DNA of 42,734 nt. It comes from Staphylococcus epidermidis. Lineage in GTDB: Bacteria > Bacillota_I > Bacilli_A > RFN20 > CAG-826. Below the pieces are notes generated by a model. The model did not search any database. It had not been told where the DNA came from and was given only the letters and a program-made list of their open reading frames with translations. The stretch spans positions 1 through 42,734 of the forward strand of contig CAMCVC010000003.1 of the NCBI GenBank assembly GCA_945879785.1. The letters run 5' to 3'. Each line of letters begins with the position of its first letter. Position 1 is the first letter of the stretch. Below, piece by piece: positions 36,013-42,734 of this stretch. The position numbers and the translations under genes are program-made.

Positions 36013-36354
36013 ATGGCTAAAATAATTAAACAACCACTGACAATTGCCCAATGGATTTGGGGAATCTTATCGTTTGCTACAATCCTTGGGGGTTTAACCT
36101 TAGGTACGTTAGGATTTTTAAGAGATATGCTTGGTTTACCGTATGAGCAAAATTGGATTCGGATTGCGGAAAATGCAATGAACGAATTCCTTGTCACGAA
36201 TTTACCTTGGCAAACATGGGGCACCATCCTCTTGGCATTTGGGGTGATTGTCTTTGCCTTATTAATGAATCGCCTCGCCACAGAAGAAGAACGATTACTA
36301 GAAAAATCTAATCGCCGAGCCCAACGACTCCAAGATGCAAAAATTGCTGAATAA
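36013..36354 (+). CDS. Hypothetical small membrane protein (2 TM)
   Basis: 113-aa ORF with SD AGGA and a TGnTAAAAT promoter upstream. Two hydrophobic helices and a charged C-terminal tail. Confidence 0.7.
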   Translation: MAKIIKQPLTIAQWIWGILSFATILGGLTLGTLGFLRDMLGLPYEQNWIRIAENAMNEFLVTNLPWQTWGTILLAFGVIVFALLMNRLATEEERLLEKSNRRAQRLQDAKIAE

Positions 36355-36369
36355 GCAATTTTTTAATCT

Positions 36370-37854
36370 ATGAAAACACGATACATCCATGGTATTTTTT
36401 ATACACTCAATCCATTACAACCTAAAGTCAGTGAACTCTGGGTCGAAGACGGAAAGATTTCATGTTTAGGTTCCCATTCCGCTTGGCAAGCTGATCAAAC
36501 CATCGATGCCCAAGGTTGGACATGTTTTCCAGGATTTGTTGATTCTCATCTTCATCTGATTGGCTACGGAGAACATCTCTCGTTACTTCAACTTCATAAA
36601 AATCCAAATACTCAACACGTGTTAGCTCAAGTCAAGGCCCGCTTTCAAGGTCGACCTTTGTATGCACAAGGTCATGTTGAACAAGCGCTTACCAAACTTG
36701 ATTTAGATACTATTTCATCGTCAATACCAATCTTACTGAGGCATGCAGATTTTCATGGAGCCACCGTCAACTCAGCGATTCTTCAGCAGATTGGATTAGA
36801 CAATCATCCTACTGGCGTTCTCCACGAAGCAGATGCCTTAAAAGCTGTGCAAGCACTCCCTAAATATCATCAAGATGATCTAGTCAAGATGATCACCATT
36901 GCCATTAAAAAATTACATGAATTTGGCATCACAGGTGGTCACACCGATGATTTATATTACTTCAATGGTTTTCATGAAGTTGTTTCTGCTTATCAAAAGG
37001 TGTTAACAACTTTGCCATTTCGAACCCACCTTCTGATTCATCACTTGGAATTAGATACCTATGAAACATTAATGAAAAAGAATCCATACAACCATCCCTT
37101 TCTTGAATTTGGTGCGATAGGAGAAATATTCTATGATGGAACCTTATCAAGCCAGACAGCGTTGATGCATCACCCTTACCAAGGTGGTCAAGGGGTTGGA
37201 GTACGTCAGTTTTCTAAACAACAATGGCTCACCATCGTCAAACGTATTCGCCGATTAGGATTACCAATCGCCGTTCACGCGATTGGTGATTTGGCGCTTG
37301 AGGAAGTGGTTGATACCTTGATTGCCAATCCTGTGAAGGCAGGTCTACATGACCGGATTATCCATGCATCTTTTGCAAAGAAATCTACCCTTGAAAAATT
37401 AAAAAACATACCAGTGATGCTTGATATTCAGCCTCAATTTGTCACCAGTGATTTACCTTGGGCTACTCAGATCATGTCTGGTCAAACAGAACTCATCTAC
37501 CCTTTTAAAACCTATTTAAAGCAAGGGTTAATCTTATGTGGCGGCAGTGATGCCCCGGTTGAAGTTCCAGATCCATTGAAAGGAATTCATTCAGCCTACC
37601 TTCGGCAATCCACCTCTTTATCATCTGCGTTCCAACCAGAAGAACGCTTATCGATGCTAGAAGCAGTTCAGCTTTATACCACTGGCGCAAATGCTCCCTC
37701 ATATCTACCTCAACGCCAAGGTAAACTTGCTGTTGGATCGGTTGCTGACTTGACGTTTATCAATGAAGACTTTATGGCGAATCCAAAAAGACTAGCAACG
37801 GCAAACGTGATGATGACCGTGGTCAATAATCAAATTGTTTTTCGTAAGAATTAA
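36370..37854 (+). CDS. Metal-dependent amidohydrolase (YtcJ-like, amidohydrolase 3)
   Basis: PGFVDSHLH, DGTLSSQTA, VHAIGD, DRIIHA, GSDAPV, GKL.VG..AD. Confidence 0.9.
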   Translation: MKTRYIHGIFYTLNPLQPKVSELWVEDGKISCLGSHSAWQADQTIDAQGWTCFPGFVDSHLHLIGYGEHLSLLQLHKNPNTQHVLAQVKARFQGRPLYAQGHVEQALTKLDLDTISSSIPILLRHADFHGATVNSAILQQIGLDNHPTGVLHEADALKAVQALPKYHQDDLVKMITIAIKKLHEFGITGGHTDDLYYFNGFHEVVSAYQKVLTTLPFRTHLLIHHLELDTYETLMKKNPYNHPFLEFGAIGEIFYDGTLSSQTALMHHPYQGGQGVGVRQFSKQQWLTIVKRIRRLGLPIAVHAIGDLALEEVVDTLIANPVKAGLHDRIIHASFAKKSTLEKLKNIPVMLDIQPQFVTSDLPWATQIMSGQTELIYPFKTYLKQGLILCGGSDAPVEVPDPLKGIHSAYLRQSTSLSSAFQPEERLSMLEAVQLYTTGANAPSYLPQRQGKLAVGSVADLTFINEDFMANPKRLATANVMMTVVNNQIVFRKN

Positions 37855-38624
37855 ACGATCAAAAGCGATAGTGCCATCACCATCATCCCGGCAATAAGGC
37901 CAAACATGGATAAGTGATGATGCCCATATTTTTCCGCAGTTGGTAGCAATTCATCTAGGGAAATATAAACCATGATTCCTGCAACAAAAGGAAAGATAAT
38001 TCCGAAGATTGCGGTTGGTAAAAATGTGGAAAAGATAATAAAACCAATCAACGCGCCTACTGGTTCTGCAAGTCCAGATAGCAAAGCAAAATTAAATGCC
38101 TTCTTACGATTTTTTGTCGCCTGAAAAATTGGAAGCGCCACCGCGATACCTTCAGGAATATTGTGAAGGGCAATCGCGACTGTAATTCCTAAACCGAGTC
38201 GAAAATCTTCCAAGGATGCGTAGAAAGTTGCAATGCCTTCAGGAAAATTATGTAGAGCGATGGCAAAGGCAGAAAATAATCCCATTCTCAATAATTCGGA
38301 GTGGTGATGAGGGTCTTTGATTTCATGAGGATTTTGAGCTTTTGGAATTAATTGATCAATGATTAAAATAAACAGAATGCCGGCAAAGAAACCACCCATA
38401 GCAATCCAATCACTTGCGACAGCAGAGAAATTTTCATTCAATGCGATGAGGCCTTTGGGGATAATTTCAATAAAGGAAACGTAAAGCATCACCCCTGCAG
38501 AAAAGCCAAGACTTGCGGCAAAGAATTTAGCACTTTTAGCTAATTTTGAAAACGCAACCAACCCACCTAAACCAGTCGCTAGTCCTGCAAATATCGTTAA
38601 CAAGAATGCAAAGATTATGTTCAT
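37851..38624 (-). CDS. zupT: ZIP-family zinc transporter ZupT
   Basis: GFSAGVM.YVSF.EI, His-rich loop, HNFPEG, HNIPEG, SGLAEP.GA, DELLP. Confidence 0.95.
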   Translation of the reverse strand: MNIIFAFLLTIFAGLATGLGGLVAFSKLAKSAKFFAASLGFSAGVMLYVSFIEIIPKGLIALNENFSAVASDWIAMGGFFAGILFILIIDQLIPKAQNPHEIKDPHHHSELLRMGLFSAFAIALHNFPEGIATFYASLEDFRLGLGITVAIALHNIPEGIAVALPIFQATKNRKKAFNFALLSGLAEPVGALIGFIIFSTFLPTAIFGIIFPFVAGIMVYISLDELLPTAEKYGHHHLSMFGLIAGMMVMALSLLIV

Positions 38625-38636
38625 TATTTTCTTTCA

Positions 38637-38727
38637 TGGCGGAGAAAGAGGGATTTGAACCCTCGCGCCCGGTTAAGGACCTACAAGCTTTCCAAGCCTG
38701 CCCCTTCAGCCTCTTGGGTATTTCTCC
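38637..38727 (-). tRNA. tRNA-Ser(GGA)
   Basis: GGAGAAA acceptor, CAGGC-TTGGAAA-GCTTG anticodon arm, long variable arm, GGTTCAAATCC, G73-CCA. Confidence 0.95.
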
Positions 38728-38789
38728 GTAAATTTGATTATAACAAAACTAACCTAAAGGAGTCATCAATAAGTGTTAAAATGGTCAAG

Positions 38790-39755
38790 ATGAAACAAAT
38801 CACAATCACCGCCCAAAACGCAAATCAACGAGCAGATAAATTTATAAGAAAATGGTTAAAGGAAGCTCCACTTAGTTTTATCTATCGGGTTTTTCGCAAG
38901 AAAGACGTCAAGGTCAATGGTAAACGGATCACCATTCAATATATTCTCCAACCTGGAGATATCATGGAAGTTTATGTCACGGACAAACAGTTACTTGATT
39001 TTACTGTCCATCGTCGCTATCAAAAAAAACCACTGAACCTTCCGATTTTATATGAAGATGACCATTGTATGCTCATTCACAAACCCAAAGGCTTATTGGT
39101 TCAAGGTGAAGATGACACACGGCAACATACATTAACAGAGATGGTCATTGAACATTTGTATTTCCATGATTTGTTTAATCCAGATGCTCCAGGGTTTACC
39201 CCTGCCCCAGGACACCGATTGGATCGGAATACCAGTGGATTGGTTCTTTATGGCAAAACCATCGAAGGGTTACAATCCCTACATCGGTTATTCAAGGAAC
39301 GAGAAGATTTAAACAAACAATATTTAGCCCTTGTGGTTGGAAAACTGACAGGTAAAGGAAAAATTGATTTACCTTTAATTAAGGATGAAACCAATAAAAT
39401 GGTCTACGTTGCTCATCCTCCAATTAAAGGCTTATCGGCAATTACAGAATATGAAGTCATCGCTCATTATGGAGATTTTACCCTTGTTAAAATTCAGTTG
39501 ATTACAGGAAGAACTCATCAAATTCGCGTGCATATGCAAGCGATCAATCATCCAGTGGCGGGCGATCGTAAATATGGAGATTTTCATGCCAATCGATGGC
39601 TAAAAGATCAATTTCGATATGAACACCAATTCCTCCATGCTAGTGAACTTTCCTTTAGTCAACTTGAAGGGGCTCTTTCAGGGTTATCAGGGAAAACATT
39701 TACTCTAAAATTAGATGCACAAGAAGAAGAATTATTGATAAAATTAAAAGCGTGA
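38790..39755 (+). CDS. RluA-family pseudouridine synthase (RluC/RluD-like, S4 domain)
   Basis: QRADKFIRK S4 domain, HKPKGL, HRLDRNTSG, TGRTHQIRVH, HPVAGDRKYG, LHA. The ORF-track start at 38655 lies inside tRNA-Ser, so the real start is likely 38790. Confidence 0.92.
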   Translation: MKQITITAQNANQRADKFIRKWLKEAPLSFIYRVFRKKDVKVNGKRITIQYILQPGDIMEVYVTDKQLLDFTVHRRYQKKPLNLPILYEDDHCMLIHKPKGLLVQGEDDTRQHTLTEMVIEHLYFHDLFNPDAPGFTPAPGHRLDRNTSGLVLYGKTIEGLQSLHRLFKEREDLNKQYLALVVGKLTGKGKIDLPLIKDETNKMVYVAHPPIKGLSAITEYEVIAHYGDFTLVKIQLITGRTHQIRVHMQAINHPVAGDRKYGDFHANRWLKDQFRYEHQFLHASELSFSQLEGALSGLSGKTFTLKLDAQEEELLIKLKA

Positions 39756-41476
39756 AATCAAACCCCAACGCCCGATATCAAACTTGGTTAAACCATCCAT
39801 CGATGACAAAAGAGGATCGTTTGGTTCTTGAACGTTATTCTCCTTCCGAAATTGATGATGCATTTTTCAAGGACATTGAATTTGGTACTGCAGGAATGCG
39901 GGGCATTATGGGTCCAGGATCAAATCGAATTAACCCCTATACCATTACAAAAGCAACCATTGCGTATGGTTTGATGTTAAAAGACCACTATCCTCATCAA
40001 CTTGAACGTGGGGTCATGATTGCCCACGACAATCGCCATGGTGCTATTCCTTTTACTGAATTGGTGTCTAACATTCTTAATTCAATGGGCATTGATACTT
40101 TTACCTTTAAAGAATTGATTCCTACACCCCTTCTTTCTTACGCTGTTCGACATCTTCATGCATTAGGTGGCATCATGCTGACCGCTTCGCACAATCCTAA
40201 ACAATACAACGGTGTCAAAGTTTACGATGATGAAGGTTGTCAATTGGTCCCTCAAAAGATTCAACCGATGTTAAATCATTTATCAACCTTACCCGATGCT
40301 TTATCCATCACTGTTCCAGAATCTACCATCAAAGGAAAGCATCGAATTGTTCATGATGATGTTGAACAAACGTATCTTGAAAAAGTAAAAAGTCTTCAAA
40401 GACTTCCATCTTTAGCGAAGAAAGATTTCCGAATTGTTTTTTCTCCACAGCATGGGGCTAGTTATCGTATCCTCCCGCAACTCTTTCATGAATTAGGTTA
40501 CCAACTTTCTGTTGTGAAAAGCCAATCATTGCCTGATCCAAATTTTTCCGGAACCTTATCACCCAATCCGGAAGAAAAACTTGCTTATCAAGAAGCAATA
40601 AAACTAGCTGAAAGTCAAAAAGCGCATTTGATTATGGTGGCAGATCCAGATGCTGATCGGGTTGGACTAGCCTATCTTAACAGTCGGGGGAGTTATGTGT
40701 TGCTCAATGGCAATGAATCCGCAGCATTATTGATTCATTATTTATTGTCACAAAGAAAACTCAAACATGATTTACCGATTCAGGGTGTAGTTTATGACAC
40801 GATTGTGAGTTCTCCTTTAGCGAGAAAAATCGCTCAATCATTTGGTTTAAGAACCGAAACCTTTTTAACTGGTTTCAAATTTATCGGTGATAGAATCGCT
40901 TTTTATGAAACGCATGCCGGGCCTCAGTTTATCTTTGGATATGAAGAATCCTATGGGTGCCTGATTGGAGATTTTGTTCGCGATAAAGATGCCATTCAAG
41001 CCTTGTTACTCTATGCGGAAATGTCATTATTTTATTTTCATCAAGGAAAAGACTTAGGCCAAGCGTTGAGTGCTATTTTCAATGAGTTTGGCTACCATCT
41101 CGATCGGCAGTTTTCTCTTGAACTTTCAGGTAAACAAGGCGCTGATTTTCTTGATCAGTTGATGAAACAACTTCGATTAACCCCTTTTAAACCACTTTCA
41201 GGTCACAAAGTTTTGCTCGTTGAAGATTTTCAAACCCAAACAAAAAAAGATCTTGAGGGTCATCAATCCAATATTGCTTTGCCCATGTCCAATGTGATTA
41301 AATTTAGTTTTGAAGATGGCTCGACGATTGTGGTTAGACCAAGTGGGACAGAACCAAAATGTAAATTCTACTTCTCAATCACGGATCAATCGATGCAAGC
41401 ATGTGAAGAAAAACTTGCAGCCTATATTGACGCGTTTTCTAAGATTTATTTATCTGAAGATAAACGCTTGAAGTAG
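39752..41476 (+). CDS. pgm: Phosphoglucomutase/phosphomannomutase (alpha-D-phosphohexomutase)
   Basis: FGTAGMRG, TASHNP, DPDADR, TGFKFIG, YEESYG, RPSGTEPKCK. Confidence 0.93.
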   Translation: MKSNPNARYQTWLNHPSMTKEDRLVLERYSPSEIDDAFFKDIEFGTAGMRGIMGPGSNRINPYTITKATIAYGLMLKDHYPHQLERGVMIAHDNRHGAIPFTELVSNILNSMGIDTFTFKELIPTPLLSYAVRHLHALGGIMLTASHNPKQYNGVKVYDDEGCQLVPQKIQPMLNHLSTLPDALSITVPESTIKGKHRIVHDDVEQTYLEKVKSLQRLPSLAKKDFRIVFSPQHGASYRILPQLFHELGYQLSVVKSQSLPDPNFSGTLSPNPEEKLAYQEAIKLAESQKAHLIMVADPDADRVGLAYLNSRGSYVLLNGNESAALLIHYLLSQRKLKHDLPIQGVVYDTIVSSPLARKIAQSFGLRTETFLTGFKFIGDRIAFYETHAGPQFIFGYEESYGCLIGDFVRDKDAIQALLLYAEMSLFYFHQGKDLGQALSAIFNEFGYHLDRQFSLELSGKQGADFLDQLMKQLRLTPFKPLSGHKVLLVEDFQTQTKKDLEGHQSNIALPMSNVIKFSFEDGSTIVVRPSGTEPKCKFYFSITDQSMQACEEKLAAYIDAFSKIYLSEDKRLK

Positions 41477-42273
41477 CGTTGGAGTTCATCAACAATGCCA
41501 TCATGATGATGGTCTTTCTTTGTGATGTATGTTCCATACTTTTTAATTGGAGATTCGGCATTCTTCATCACAAACCCATGGGTTGCTAACTTAAGCATTT
41601 CTTTATCGTTCTCAGCGTCGCCAAAGCTAATGAAATATTTTCGAGAAATATTATACAATTTTAGAATTTCTAGAAGTGCAGACCCTTTAGAAATATGCCC
41701 AAAGTAAATTTCACAGAAAAGCGATGTGCCCCAGAAGCGAACCTTTAATCCTTTGTGCTTTTTAACAGCTTTGAATACGCGTTCATCTTCATATTGATTT
41801 CTTTTTTTAACTTTGATAATCATGGTCATTGGATCTTCGTGAAGTGTTTCAATAAGAGGGCCATAGATAATATTCATGTTGTCGTGCCAAAAAAAGGAAG
41901 CTAAGTTTTTTTCTTCTTTCAGTAACCATATATCCTTATTGGTTTCGCACATGACATTATCAATGGCTGCTAAACCAATATCTTGATAAATCGCTTTCAC
42001 AATATCTTGAGGAAATGAAAAAGACTTGGTATTAAAGCTTGGATCAGTTGGGTTAGTGACATAGGCACCGTTATAGCAAACCATCGGTGTTTTTAATCCA
42101 AGTTGTTGGTAATACTTGATAAACGATCGATATGGGCGGCCTGTGGCAAGCACGATTGTATGGGAGGATTGAATGGACTTTAAATATTTAAGGGTGGTGG
42201 GTGAGATTTTCTTTTGTTTATTCAATAAAGTTCCATCTAAATCCAAGGCAATTAAATGGCGAGGGGCTACCAT
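41446..42273 (-). CDS. Cof-type HAD-IIB hydrolase
   Basis: IALDLDGTLL, LATGRP, YNGA, SKG, FGDAENDKEML, MKNA. Confidence 0.92.
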   Translation of the reverse strand: MVAPRHLIALDLDGTLLNKQKKISPTTLKYLKSIQSSHTIVLATGRPYRSFIKYYQQLGLKTPMVCYNGAYVTNPTDPSFNTKSFSFPQDIVKAIYQDIGLAAIDNVMCETNKDIWLLKEEKNLASFFWHDNMNIIYGPLIETLHEDPMTMIIKVKKRNQYEDERVFKAVKKHKGLKVRFWGTSLFCEIYFGHISKGSALLEILKLYNISRKYFISFGDAENDKEMLKLATHGFVMKNAESPIKKYGTYITKKDHHHDGIVDELQRYFKRLSSDK

Positions 42274-42734
42274 AAGCCAATCACCTTTTTAACTCTTTGT
42301 AAGGTAGCATTAGCAACCAATTGAGCACGCTTTGACCCTTCGAGAAGAACGCGTTCAACCATGCCACTTTGCATCATGGTTTGATATCGTTGTTGTAACT
42401 TACCAAGATGATCAACGACCACATCAGCGACTTTGGTTTTAAAGCCACCATAGGTTAATGTCTTTACACTTTCAACCGTGTTAGCAATCGACTGATCGGT
42501 TAAACTCGCAAGGATGGTGAGTAAATTACTAATGCCAGGTTTGTTAACCTCATCAAATCGAATGGTTGTTTCTGAATCTGTGACGGCGCTCATAATTTTT
42601 TTTCGAATGGACACTAAGTCTTCTTTGAGCTCAATATTTCCTTTAGGTTCAGATTTAGACATTTTTTTGCTTGGATCTGCAAGGGACATGATTCGAGTAC
42701 CCAAAGAACCTAACTGCGCTTTAGGCATGACCAA
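42267..42734 (-). CDS. trpS: Tryptophan--tRNA ligase, C-terminal part (5'-truncated by window edge)
   Basis: RIMSLADPSKKMSKS, KKIMSAVTDS, KPGISNLL, YGGFKT. Confidence 0.93.
   Translation of the reverse strand: MVMPKAQLGSLGTRIMSLADPSKKMSKSEPKGNIELKEDLVSIRKKIMSAVTDSETTIRFDEVNKPGISNLLTILASLTDQSIANTVESVKTLTYGGFKTKVADVVVDHLGKLQQRYQTMMQSGMVERVLLEGSKRAQLVANATLQRVKKVIGLW

Noticed and set aside
36000-36281. 93-aa minus-strand ORF
   Set aside because: It is antisense to the 113-aa plus-strand membrane protein, which has a promoter, an SD and operon context.
38546-38789. 61-aa ORF and the N-terminal extension of the RluA-family ORF
   Set aside because: Both are read through the antisense strand of tRNA-Ser. 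The recognisable S4 domain starts at about 38790.
41446-41476. 31-bp convergent overlap of pgm and Cof hydrolase 3' ends (and a 4-bp overlap at 37851-37854)
   Set aside because: Short tail-to-tail overlaps are ordinary in compact genomes, and both proteins appear complete.
1-42734. CRISPR arrays, IS elements, prophage, anti-phage defence genes, alternative genetic code
   Set aside because: No regularly spaced repeats or transposase, integrase or phage motifs were seen by eye. Conserved genes are full length under code 11 and several end in TGA.

Overview
AT-rich, densely coding chromosomal window from a low-GC Bacillota (Bacilli) bacterium using the standard code 11 (TGA is a stop, for example in gltX and pduL). 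The gene content and the Ser-rich lipoproteins suggest a genome-reduced Erysipelotrichales/Mollicutes-adjacent lineage; this placement is an inference. Most of the window is housekeeping: csp, ychF-gltX-argS-rpoE-fba, cysQ and a 5'-nucleotidase, a Val-Tyr-Gln-Lys-Leu tRNA operon, HAD-ispD-S1-pgi, gpmI, an M3 peptidase, mgtE, pduL, a SAM-I riboswitch ahead of metK, hpf, zupT, an RluA-family synthase, pgm and a partial trpS. No mobile elements, prophage or CRISPR arrays were seen. The most interesting block (about 18.6-28.7 kb) has a CUT1-type ABC importer whose ATPase carries a large insertion, a solute-binding lipoprotein, a 913-aa lipoprotein built from repeated Ig-like and OB-fold-like modules, an unknown two-TM protein, and a lamin-tail plus staphylococcal-nuclease lipoprotein. 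Together these look like a candidate system for capturing, degrading and importing extracellular nucleic acid. Other points worth checking are repeated leaderless-mRNA architecture, a SAM-I riboswitch lacking the usual kink-turn, a flippase-like TM domain fused to a GT4 glycosyltransferase, a Fur-like box, and loss of pyrG from its usual position.
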